Shown here piece by piece: positions 52,070 to 64,000 of a stretch of 64,000 nt of DNA. The stretch spans positions 98,456,001 to 98,520,000 of the forward strand of contig OX597821.1 of NCBI GenBank assembly GCA_951406725.2, read 5' to 3'. How positions within the stretch are numbered: position 1 is the stretch's first letter; every line of letters starts with the position of its first letter. The position numbers and the translations under genes were made by a program. The notes under the pieces are model-generated. The model did not search any database and was not told where the DNA came from. It saw only the letters and a program-made list of their open reading frames with translations. The DNA is from Octopus vulgaris (Eukaryota).

Positions 52070-54065
52070 CTTTCAAATTTGCTTCCATTTCTTGCCGAGT
52101 GTCTTCCCGACTCCTAGGGCAAAGAAACTCAGAGTATACATTGGTAGGCCATTAAACCAAACTCAATAGTTCGTTCATTTTATTTAAAAAAAATTTTTTT
52201 TTTTTAAGTTAAATTAAAATACATGAGCAGCAACAGTTCTCACATCGACAATGCTCTTCTCAATACGTGTGATGTACCAGTTAAGATAATCTTTTGCACC
52301 TCTTGCAGGGATGGTAAGCCAGGGATCATTCTCATATAATTTTCGGTTCCCTTCTTGATCATTCCTAGTGCTCCTACGATCACTGGTATTGTAACCGCCT
52401 TGAGATGCCACATTTTCTCAATTTCAATGAGTAGGTCTTTATATTTTCTGAGCTTGTCAAACTCTTTCGCTGAGATATTATGATCACAGGGGATGCTCAT
52501 GTCGATCAATAAGCAAACTGTATTGTTTTGGTCTTTCACAACAATATCTGGTTTATTGGCCTTGATGGTTCAGTCTGTATGTACTGGAAAGTCCCACAGA
52601 ATGGTTACATTTTCTCCTTCAGTTACAGCCTCAGGGTGGTGATTATACCACTTGTCGGCAGTTTTGATATTGTAATGCCAACTTATTAGCCAGTGTAGAT
52701 ATTGGCCAACTCTGTCATGTCTTAATTTATACTCCACTGGTGCTAAGACTTTACATCCAGAGATTATGTGGTCCACTGTTTCAATCATGTCGTTGCAGAA
52801 TCGGCATTTTGGGTCTGCTCCATTTTTCATTACATTGGCCTGGCAGTTCCAGGTTAATAGGCTTTGATCTTGAGCAGCCAGGATGAAACCTTCGCTCTCT
52901 GCTTTTAGCCCTGAGCTCCGTAGCCACTGATGGGTTTGCTTCTGGTCAACATCAGCTTGTTTGCTGCGGGCCACATATTTGCCGTGCAGAGGTTTCTCCT
53001 CCCACCTATCAGCCAATTGCTCGTGCGCTTTTTTCGTTGCCATTATTTTCACCTTCTTTGCAACAATAGTTGCCGTACTTCCCTCGGGTTGTTCAGTTTG
53101 GGTATCCTGCACGAGATCAATAGCAAATTTTTTGCTTTCCTCTATGATAGAATGAAGCTTCTTTCGTCTCTCGTGATTTTCCACGAGCTTTAGCATCCAG
53201 TCATTCGTTATTTCGAGATATTTGGCCAGTCCAATTGTGGTTGTTTTGTAAGCTAGTTCAAATTGGATCAGGCCTCAACCTCCTTGGGCTCTGAGAAGGT
53301 AAAGGCGATCTACGTCTGCCTTTGGGTGGTGCATCCTATTACAACTCGGCAGCTTGCGTATTTTCCTATCTATATTCTTTACTTCACTCATATTCCAGTT
53401 CAACACATTGTAGCTATAAGTAACAACTGGAACTGCTAAGGAATTTATAGCTAACACCTTGTTACGTGCATTTAGTTCAGATTTCAGGACTGCACGAACT
53501 CTGCTATAACATTCCTTCCTGATCGTCTCTTTCATGCTTGCATGCTGAATACCAGAGCCTTCATTTATCCCTAAATATTTCTATGTTTGTTCTTGCTCAA
53601 GCTCTCTTATGACTGTGTCAACATCTAACACGACTGAATTTGTGGTCTTCACTTTCCCTTTCTGGAAAGTGGCCTTGGCACACTTCTCAAGTCCAAACTC
53701 CATCCCGATGTCATCGCTGAATGCTTTCACAGTGCGCAATAGGCCTTCAAGTTCATTATTGTCTTTACCATAGAGTTTTAAGTCATCCATATAAAATAGA
53801 CGGCTTATTTTTTTATTGGCAATTTTATACCCATACCCTGTTCTGTTTAATTCACTTGTAAGGGGTATTAGGGCTATGCAGAATATTAAAGGTGAAAGTG
53901 AGTCACCTTGAAAAATTCCACAGTTGATGTTTATGTTTTCTGAGGCAAGTACTCCATTAGAGTGGTATAATTGGAGATTCGTATTCCACAACGACATATT
54001 GTGCTTCAGGAAGTTTGAAATCACAGGGGAAATTTTGAAGATGTCCAGCGATCTCAAGATCCATG
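52070..54065 (-). mobile_element. Young 5'-truncated R4/Dong LINE (RT, CCHC, RLE) with (TAA)n tail
   Basis: ORFs 53581, 53275, 52570 and 52240 share one frame split by 3 stops; GIFQGDSLSP, YMDDLKLY, CRFC..H..C, RHD, PDIV..D..K; tail array 51940-52060. Confidence 0.93.
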
Positions 54066-54372
54066 GAACGCCAGAGTTCTTGCCTGTCAAATAATACTTT
54101 CATATTTGGTTAACAATAGAGCCGAGGTGAGGTTTGTGTTGGTTGAACTCTTTGGGTGTGTGTGTGTGTGTGTAGATAGATAGATAGATTATCAGCACTA
54201 TTACTATCATTATTATCATCATCACCATCATCACCATCACCATCAGTGATATCTTTTTTTTTTTTTTTTAGGTGGGGTCCTATCGGTCAAAAAAAGTTCA
54301 AATGTTTACTACTATTAGCCTCAAGAAAAATTAAGGATGGGCTGTTCTGTATTGTTTGTGAATAGAGAAGTT

Positions 54373-54424
<52 letters not shown>

Positions 54425-54439
54425 CATTGTTATTATTAT

Positions 54440-54596
54440 TACTATTTGTCTCTATGTTCTGAGTTCAGATTCCACCAAGGTTGATTTGCCTTTCCTCCAT
54501 TCAGGGCCGATGAAATAAGTACCAGTAGAACACTGGGGTTAATGTGATCAACTCACCCACCCCAAAATTTCCGGCCTTGTACCTTTAATAGAAAGG

Positions 54597-54628
<32 letters not shown>

Positions 54629-55110
54629 GGTGGCATGCTGGCAGAATCATTAACATGCTGGGCAGAATGCTTTGCAGTGCTTCACCTGTCTACAAGTTCT
54701 GAGTTAAAATTCTGCTGAGGTTGTCTTTGCCTTTCATCCTTTCGAGGTCAATAAAATAAGTACCAGTTGAACACTGGTGTTGATGTAATCGAATCATCCC
54801 CTTCCCCAAAATTGCTCCCCTTGCGGCAAAATTTTAAACCATTAATATGAAGGTGACAAACTGGCAGAATTGTTAGCACGCTGGATGAAGTGCTTAGTGG
54901 TATTTCGCCCGTCGCTATGTTCTGAGTTCAAATTCCGCTGAGGTCGACTTTGCCTTTTATCTTTTTGGGGTCAATAAAATAAGTGCCAGTTGAATACTAG
55001 AGTCGATGTAATCAACTCATCCCCACCTTCCCCAAGCTGCCCTTGTGGCAAAAAATTGAAATAACTATTATTATTATTATTATTATCATCATTATTATTA
55101 TTATTATTAT
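54440..55110 (+). mobile_element. Three tandem SINE-B copies (tails 2, 3, 3) in (ATT)n arrays
   Basis: Copies at about 54440-54600, 54629-54844 and 54852-55065. Confidence 0.85.
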
Positions 55111-55111
55111 T

Positions 55112-57075
55112 AAAGACGGTGCACAGTATCAAATATCGTAATGATGTTGATTGAAGATATCGTGTCTACTGGGTGTTTGTACTGTCTATCAAGTCACAAG
55201 GACCTCAGACTGATAGCACTTTACACAATATGTGTGCAGTTCCAAGTAATGCTGATTTTCGCAATACACCTAGATTGTAGGGTATTTCTAAAATTTCTAG
55301 ATGTTTCTTCAGCTTGGGTGGTATTGAACCCAATGCTCCAATGACAACCGGGACAAACTTTATGTTTGATTCTCATAGCTGCCACATCTTGGTGATTTCA
55401 ATTCTCAGGTCTCCATATTTATCAATCTTTTCTCTTTCTTTCATGATAATATATTTCTTTACTGCCCACAAGGAGCTAAACATAGAGGGGGCAAACAAGG
55501 ACAGACAAAGGGATTAAGTCGTTTACATCGACCACAGTGTGAAACTGGTACTTTATTTATCGACCTTGAAAGGATGAAAGGCAAAGTCGACCCAGGCAGA
55601 ATTTGAACTCGGAACGTAACGGCAGACGAAATACCGCTAAGCATTTCGCCCGGCGTGCTACAGTTTCTGCCAGCTCGGATAATATGTTGATCTCCTGGCA
55701 CTGCCACATCGATTATTAGGCATTCTTGTTAGCCCCTCCTAAAGGTTACTATATCCAGCCTTCAGTGCCCTAACACCTTGTTTATCTGGAAGTCAAAGCC
55801 CCAGAGGATTTTTGCTTTCCCCTTTTCATCCATTACCATTTCCAGTGCATTTTGGTACCAAGTGCCCATTACCTCATATCCATACTTGTGGCATAGTTCT
55901 GAGCTACCTTGTCATGTCTGGGCTTCTACTCTTTTTGCATAAGACTTTCACAAACACTAACATTGTGAATCATGCTTTCGACCCTCTTCCTACACCTTCT
56001 GCAGAGGTTCATTGCACTTGAGTGGTATATATCCCTTTCCACTGAGTTGGCATTCAATGCCTGATCTTGGACAGTGATGATTAGACTTTCATTATTCTTT
56101 TTTCGGTTACCCTTATTGAGCCACCTCCATGATGCTTCCTGATCTTTTAAGTTGTTAGTTTCATGGTAGAACTGACCATATAATTCCATGTAGAGTAGAG
56201 TTTCTTCTCTCTTGTTGGCTATCTGTGATCAGAATTCATTAACTCCCTCAAGTCCATTTTTGGTAAATCCTTCAGCATTAGCAGCATACTGTAGCAGGTT
56301 TTGTTTGTTGTTCACCAAATATTCTGCCATGTTTCTTCTTTCACCGTTGATGCACTCCCGTATGCTCATCAGCCCACATCCACCTTTACACCTCTTCGTG
56401 TAGAGCCTGTGTACATTCACCTTAGGGTGGAGGGAACCATGGATTGTCATTGTCTTTCAGGTAGTGCAATCGAGTTGGTTAATCTCCTATTCTGTCCATT
56501 TCAGGATGGGTACACTATAGTGGACTCCAGCATCAGCCCATATGTTGATGGCAGTCACAAGATTCTTTGAGTCGAGTTTTGATTTTAAGAGAAGTTTGAG
56601 GCACTTCAAATATGCAGTAATGACCTTGTCTTTCATTTTTCTGTACAAGATGTTGTCCAGCTCCAAGATCCCAAGGCACTTGTACCCTTCATCGTCCGGG
56701 TCTTCCATCCTCTCTCCATTTGGCAGTTCTATGCTCTTTTCCTCCGTTTCAAAGTGGGCACCGTACTTTGAGATACCAAATTCCATTCCCATACCCTTGC
56801 TGCACAACTGCACAGTCTCAACCAACTTCTCCATTTCAGGCTCTGTTTTTGCGAACAGTTTTAAATCATGAAGAGGTGGTTGAGACTTGGTCCATTCTTT
56901 CTCAGCTCATAGTGCATGTTGACTTTGCGTAGGACAACAGAAAGTAGGATCAAGGCTGTAACAAATAACAATGGTGAACAAGAGTCTCCCTGGAAGATAC
57001 TTCTTTTGATTGTTGCCTTGGCTAAGTACTGGCTGTTACAGAAAAGATGTTTCCCAACTAGGCATGCTGTTCTTA
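55112..57075 (-). mobile_element. R4/Dong-like LINE (another family) with SINE-B insertion at 55453-55677
   Basis: IFQGDSCSPLLF, GMEFG, GYKCLG, LYGQF, QDQAL and IGALG motifs. Confidence 0.85.
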
Positions 57076-58110
57076 GTCCTGCCAAGGTTGATTTCCCTTT
57101 CCTCCTTTTGGGGTCGATAAATTAAGTACCAGTGAAATACTAGGATCAATGTAATCGACTAGTCCCCTCCCACCAAATTTCAGGCCTTGTGCCTTTAGTA
57201 GAAAAGATTCTTCTTCTTCTTATTATTATTAGGTGCAGGAGTGGCTGTGTGGTAAGTAGCTTGTTTACCAACCACATGGTTCCGGGTTTAGTCTCACTTC
57301 GTGGCATCTTGGGTAAGTGTCTTCTACTATAGCCTCAGGCCGACCAAAGCCTTGTGAGTGGATTTGGTAGATGGAAACTGAAAGAAGCCCGTCGTATATA
57401 TGTATATATATATATATGTATGTTTGTGTGTCTGTGTTTATCCCCCTAGCATTGCTTGACAACCGATGCTGGTGTGTTTATGTCCCTGTCACTTAGTGGT
57501 TCGGCAAAAAGAGACCGATAGAATAAGTACTGGGCTTACAAAGAATAAGTCCCAGGTTCGAGTTGCTCGATTAAAGGCGGTGCTCCAGCATGGCCACAGT
57601 CAAATGACTGAAACAAGTAAAAGAGAGAGTAAAGAGTATAAAAGCGGCAAACTGGCAGAATCGTTAGGGTGCCAGGCGAAATGCTTAGCAATATTTCATC
57701 TGCTGCTATGTTTTGAGTTCAAATTCCACTAAGGTCGACTTTGCCTTTCATCCTTTCGGGGTCAATGAAATAACTACCAGTTACGTACTGGGTCGATGTA
57801 ATTGACTAACCCTCTCCCATCAAATTTCAGGTCTCATGCCTATAGCAAAAAGGATTTTTATAAAAATGATAGTAATTATAGTAATAAGGCAGTAAGCTGG
57901 CAGAACCATTATCATTCTGGACAAAATGCTAAGCATTTTGTTGTGTCTTCACATTTTGAGTTAAAATTCTGCCAAGATCAACTTTGCTCTTCGTCCTTTC
58001 AGGATCAATAAAATAAGAACCAGCTAAGTACTGGAGCCAATGCAATCAACTAGTTCCCTCCCTTAAAAGATATCAGGCCTTGTGCCTATAGTAGAAAGGG
58101 TTATTATTAT
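57075..58110 (+). mobile_element. SINE cluster: SINE-B, SINE-A (57232-57637), SINE-B, SINE-B
   Basis: Matches the families above. Confidence 0.85.
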
Positions 58111-58149
58111 AATAGCGTATATTTTAATTACTTGTCAGGCTAATAACTA

Positions 58150-59640
58150 TGTTATAATATTTTCTCAAGAGTCGAGCTGTTGAAGTTAGTGCAGTCTTTT
58201 GGACATCACATATATTTGATTTTCCAGGTATTTTATCAATGATTATTTGAAGACCCTTTTTTAACCATGCCTAGCACTCCTACTACAGCCAGTAGAGTAA
58301 CTGTTTCCAGTTTCCACATTCTGCTGATTTCTATCTCTTGTATTTAGATAACTTTTAAAATTCTTTGACTGAAATTTTTCGATCAGCTGGTATTGTCATA
58401 TCTATTAGATAACAGCTATTTTGTAGATGATCTTTGATAATAATATTGTGACTGTTAGTATTTATCTGTCTGTCAGTATGGATGGTAAAGTCCCACAGAA
58501 TAGTAACTCTATTACCTTCTATGACTGGTTTTGGTTGGTGTTCATATCAGTTTTTTGGAAGAGGAATGTCATAATGATAACAGATGTTCCAATGTAGGTA
58601 CTGCTCTATTTCGTCATATCTGGTTTTCTACTCAGTTATTGCGAGTTTAGAGCAGCCAGCCACAATGTGGTCGAAGGTTTCAATATTCATCATCATCATC
58701 ATCATTTAGCATCCGCTTTCCATGCTAGCATGGGTTGGACGGTTCAACTGGGGTCTGGGAAGCCAGAAGGCTGCACCAAGCCCAGTCTTATCTGGCAATG
58801 TTTCTACGGCTGGATGCCCTTCCTAATGCCAACCACTCCGTGAGTGTAGTGGGTGCTTTTTACATGCCACCGGCACAGGTGCCAGACGAGGCTGGCAAAC
58901 GGCCATGATCGGATGGTGCTTTTTACGTGCCACCGGCACGGGGGCGAGGCGAGGCTGGCAAACAGCCACAATCGGATGGTGCTTTTTACGTGCCACCGGC
59001 ATAGGGGCCAGGCGAGGCTGCCAATGGCCACGATCGGATGGTTCTATTATCACATATTATTATCACACCTTTGAGGAGAATGTTTGCTTGGTAGTTTGCT
59101 GTGAGTTGAGATTGATCCTGAGCTGTCATTTTAAAACCTTCAGACCTGAACTGAGCAACCACTGACCTATATCTGCTTCCCTTGTTCATTTGGGATACTA
59201 ACTGCAGAGCAATTTCTCTTGCTGTTTGTTTATAAGCTTTATCAGGCCTTCTTATTTTAGCTCTGTTTGTTGTGTCTTTCTGCTTCTGTTGGTATTGCAG
59301 CTTGGCATTAACATTTACATTAACATTTACAAGTTCAGTTCTCTTTTATACTTCTGTGCCTCTTTAAATGACAAAATGTTGCTTTTTGTTTGTTCTCTTC
59401 AAGTTGATTTACTAGCTGTATCATCCAGTCAGAGTTATTCTGGATGTATGATTTAAGTCCTATTGTGGTAGTCTTGTATGATTATTCCAACTGGATGAGG
59501 CCTCTACCACCCTCTTTTCAGATAATTTAGATTCTATAAACATAAGCTTTTGCATGATGCATCTTGTTTGCTGTTGTCACTTTTCTTGTTTTGGTGTCCT
59601 TTCATTGGAGTTCATTTATATTCCAGTTAATTATATCATA
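58150..59640 (-). mobile_element. R4/Dong-like LINE relic interrupted by an RTE 3' UTR (58688-59045, -)
   Basis: AQDQSQLT.NY, TFDHIVAGC, ILWDFTI.TD and VVGVLG motifs. Confidence 0.8.
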
Positions 59641-59894
59641 ATTATTATTATGATTAAATTTTACTTCTCAGACTTTTCTAATTTACTTGTTTTGATTAAT
59701 TTTGGGAGTAACCTGTTGGCATAGGTTTGATAGGGTCTCTTTCCACAAATTTTAAGACTTGGTACTTAGATGTTAAGTATCATTGAAAACACTTAACACC
59801 CAAGTATCAATCTAAAAATTTTCGCTGTCCTCAACGGAGCAAATTTTTGAGCATGTTCTATCCACATATCAATTTCAATTTCTCTGACATATTT

Positions 59895-59934
<40 letters not shown>

Positions 59935-60150
59935 GGACTCTTCTCATGGATATCAAAGAGGAAGGACATATGTTCATGAGCTGTAAGTTTTTGTTCAATT
60001 TTAACAGATAATGTTGTTGTATCTGTTAACTTTTTGTCATTTTTGTGGCCAGGCCGACTGGGCTCTTGCTGAGCTGAATGGTTAGGCAGGACTTTACCCC
60101 CTTTTGGGACAATTTTTCAATTTAAATTCCCATTTTTTAATTTTTCACTT

Positions 60151-61035
60151 TCAATGGACCAAATGCATGATGTTGAATGGTTCTGATAGGTGACCATTCA
60201 TCTGGACTACCAAGCAGATGTTGCTGTACATGGTAGTGATCCAACCACAAAAAACCAGACCAAAACCAGCTATTGTGAGAACAGCTGCCAGATATTGATG
60301 GTCAACCCTATCAAAGACTTTTGATTTATCCAAATTGATCAGAGCCCCACCCATGCCAGGTTTCTTAACTATCCTATCCATGATGTAGCACATGAGGTGG
60401 AGGTTGTTGTGGATGGATCTGTTTGGGATGGCGCATGTTTGTGCGTATCCAACCAGTATCTTGACTATGAGTACCAACCTCTTCACTAACACTTTGGCCA
60501 AAGTTTTCATGTCTGCATTAAGCAGAATGATGGGCCTAAAATTATCTAATATCTCCCCCTTTTTTGGATCATTTCTCATCAGTAGCACTTCTCCACTGCT
60601 TTGAGAATTCTCTCAGTAGATATCTGCCAAGAGGCCTGCAAACAAGTCTGGCATACTAGAATAAAGCTCATAGGGCTGACCATCTAATCCCAGCAATTTT
60701 CCCCCCATGCAGGCCATTATCTTGTTCCGTATTTCCTCAATTGTTTTCGGCTTTTCACAACACTCTGCATCTCTTCCTGAGAGTCATGGCAGGCCATTGA
60801 GGTAGGCAGTGAAATCCATCTTGCGATCTTGCCCACTGTTCGTCCTGAACAATTCGGCAAAATGCTGCTGGAAAGCTGCACATATCTGCTCTTGCTTGTT
60901 CCCTGTGTGTCCATTTTGGTCCACCAAAGACCGAATGCTGTTTTTGTTGCCATTTTACACCTCAGCCACCCAGGCCCATGAGGCAGCATTGGTTCCCTCT
61001 TTAAAACTGAATCATTTTGGAGATTTATTGTTTTA
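60151..61035 (-). mobile_element. L1/Tx1-like LINE RT fragment
   Basis: NFRPIILLNAD.K.LAK..QTCAIPNRSI..NLDKSKVFDRVDH..NGHLS. Confidence 0.85.
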
Positions 61036-61844
61036 ATGAGAAGTTTTAAAATATGGATAATTGCATGAGGGACGCAGCTGGAGAGCATCAGAGTAGAAGG
61101 AGAGAACGGCTGCATGGGGAAGAGCAGGAAGAAATAAGGAGCTGAAATCAAAGAAGGATGAGACAGAGAAGAAACGGAATAAGCGAAGGGGAGAGAGAGT
61201 GTATTGTATGGCATAGGAGGGAAAGAAATCAAGCAAAAGATAGAACAAATGAGCCAAGACCAAAGAGAAGTGTATTTTCATAATAAGGGAGAGATCAACA
61301 GAATTGAGAAGACATGAGTCAAGAGCAAAAGCAGCTGTACTTAGAAAATGTGAGAAACAGAGCTGGATCTCTCTTGGGATACCAGCAAACCACAAAATCA
61401 CACCAGCCAGCATCATATATATGTATGCATGTATGTATATATGTATATATTTTTGTGTGTGTGTTTGTGTCTGTTTGTCCCCCACCCCACCATTGCTTAA
61501 CAACCGATGTTGGTGTGTTTGCGTCCCTGTAACTTAATTGTTCAGCAGAAGAGACTGACAGAATAAACACCAAGCTTACAGGGAATAAGTCCAGGGGTCA
61601 ATTTCTTCGACTAAAGGGTGGTGCTCCAGCATGACCACAATCAAATCACTGAAACTAGTAAAAAAAATAAAAGAATTTAAGAAAAACGTTCCACTAAACC
61701 AAGAGGGTCCTCTGAATATGTAGGATGTATTTTAAGGCTAAATATTAATTCTGTTTACGTTTGTGTAACTGAGATATTTTGGTTGGATTCTATAGTTATC
61801 AGTTTTACACTTCTTTCTATATTCTGTAGCTGTCACGATATACT

Positions 61845-62390
61845 TTTCCACTATAGGCACAAGTCCTGAAATTTTTGGTGGGAGAGGGCCAGTCAATTAT
61901 ATCAACCCCAGTACACATCTGGTACTTAATTTATCGACCTCAAAAGGACAAAAGGCAAAGTCGACCTCGGCAGAATTTGAACTCAGAACGTAAAGGCAGA
62001 CGAAATACCACTAAGCATTTACCCAGCATGCTAACGATTCTGCCAGCTCACTACCTTTAACTGTCACAATATAGAAGCATTTCTCATGGCACCAGCACTC
62101 AGTTTACAGATGCTTACATTTTTTTATGTTTTCCATGAATTTTTCATGGGTCCAGCTAGTTATTATTATTATTGCTGTCAGAATCGTTAGCATGCTGGGA
62201 AAAATGCTTAGTGGCATTCCGTCCATCTTTTACATTTGGAGTTCAAATTCCACTAAGGTCAACTTTACTTTTCATCCTTTAGAGGGGCGATAAAAGAACC
62301 AGTTGAGAAGTGGGGTCAATGTAATTGACTTATCCTCATTCCCGAAATTTCAGGCGTTGTGCCTATAGTAGAAAGTATTATTATTATTCT
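61845..62390. mobile_element. Two divergent SINE-B copies (tail 2)
   Basis: 61845-62057 (-) and 62175-62378 (+). Confidence 0.8.
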
Positions 62391-62535
62391 TGTTGTTGTT
62401 ATTGTGTAAATATGTATATAATGAAAATATATATATATATTACAGAGATGTACTTGCATAGCAAGTGATTTGGTCTGAGATCGTGTGCTGGAACGAAAAC
62501 AATTGCAGCATGGAAGGTGTTTGTAAGCCATTTAA

Positions 62536-62857
62536 AGACTCTGCCGGTTACGACGACGAGGGTCCCAGCTGATACGATCAACGGAACAGCTTGCTCGTGA
62601 AATTAACGTGCAAATGGCTGAGCATTCCACAGACACGTGTACCCTTAACGTAGTTCTCGGGGATAATCAGCGTGACACAGAGAGTGACAAGGCTGACCCT
62701 TTGAAATACAAGTACAACTCATTTTTGCCAGCTGAGTGGACTGGAGCAACGTGAAATAAAGTGTCTTGCTCAAGGACACAACGCGTCGCCGGGAATCGAA
62801 CTCACAACCTTACGATCATGAGCCGAATGCCCTAACCACTAAGCCACGCGCCCTCAC
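62536..62857 (-). mobile_element. SINE-D full length, 14-bp TSD
   Basis: A box TGGCTTAGTGG, B box GAGTTCGATTCC, core GTGTCCTTGAGCAAGACACTT; TSD TGTAAGCCATTTAA. Confidence 0.92.
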
Positions 62858-62916
62858 TGTAAGCCATTTAAGAAACACACAAAAGCTGTTTGATTCACTT
62901 CAACATTTAAGTTTAA

Positions 62917-62967
62917 TTTGTCAAAATATTTTCATTGCTATAAGACTGCGACCTGTTCACTGACAAA
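62917..62967 (-). ncRNA. Minimal hammerhead motif, G3:C8 core variant
   Basis: Minus: TTTGTCA-GTGAACA-G-GTCGC agtcttata GCAAT-GAAA ATAT TT-TGACAAA. Confidence 0.6.
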
Positions 62968-63498
62968 AATCCGTGCTGCATATATACAATATATTTGTAT
63001 AAACATACTCACCTACATATACATACATATGAACACACTTATACACACACACACACACATATACATGCACACACACACATACATTCCTATATACATACAT
63101 AGACTTTAAGCTTTTTTGATTTTTGAAATTATTTCATTATTGTTTTTTTAAACATAAAAACATAAATTGAGCATTTGGATAAATTCCAGTTTGCAGAAAT
63201 TCTGCAGTGAGTTTATTAATACTTGCCATTCCACTTTGAAATAATACCTACATTATAACTTTTTTAATACCTATGCTATGAACCCAGCCTCCGCTCCAAC
63301 TCTCTAAAACTATCAACCACCAACCACTGTTCCACATAAAACTCATTAATTTATATATCTTCATCATTCACATGTAAAGGGATATGCACTAGAGTGTGGG
63401 GGGGGGGGGTTGTTCCAAGGAAAAGTTTATCCAGCTGTGTATGTGTACGTGTGTGTGTGTGTGTGTGTGTGTGTATCCATATTTCATTCTATAACAGC

Positions 63499-63574
63499 TA
63501 CCTCTGAAGAGCACAGGGTCACATAATCAGACCATTACCTAACACTCGAACCCCTAGTGCGAAACCGGTTGGTA
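63499..63574 (+). ncRNA. Hammerhead motif with long stem II insertion
   Basis: TACCT-CTGAAGA-GCAC..(42 nt)..GTGC-GAAAC CG GTT-GGTA; palindromic stem III ACCGGT. Confidence 0.6.
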
Positions 63575-63616
63575 AGATCAGCCATAATGGATATGTAATA
63601 CTGTACACTTCAATTA

Positions 63617-63649
<33 letters not shown>

Positions 63650-63829
63650 TCACATGATCACATGTGATCATTTCGATATATGTGAGCAGGCCAACATTCC
63701 CCACTGATCGAAATGAGCTGTTTTACTCAAGAACTCAACATGCCGCCCAGTCAAAGAATTGAACCCACAATCTAATGATTGTGAGTGCAACAGCCTAACC
63801 ACTAGGCCACACACTTTCACAGACACATG

Positions 63830-63908
<79 letters not shown>

Positions 63909-63941
63909 ATATATGTATGTATGTATATATATGTATGTATG

Positions 63942-63998
<57 letters not shown>

Positions 63999-64000
63999 GT

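Overview
AT-rich eukaryotic non-coding DNA, very probably from an octopus genome (inferred from the SINE families). The window is almost entirely microsatellites and decayed transposable elements. These include three tRNA-derived SINE heads with interchangeable 3' tails, RTE LINEs, a nested cluster of R4/Dong-type and HERO-type RLE LINEs at 42-60 kb, CR1-like and L1/Tx1-like fragments, a mariner, a Helitron fragment, a Helentron-type HINE and piggyBac-like MITEs. I can support no intact host gene; most listed ORFs are microsatellite or TE-antisense artefacts. The most interesting signal, found by eye, is about a dozen hammerhead-ribozyme (HHR) motifs of the small Penelope/retrozyme type. They include U3:A8 and G3:C8 compensatory core variants, one HHR inside a TIR element, one downstream of a tRNA-like Pol III head, and one candidate whose three strands are in non-circularly permuted order. 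All structure calls are manual and untested. TE boundaries are approximate unless a TSD or TIR is quoted.
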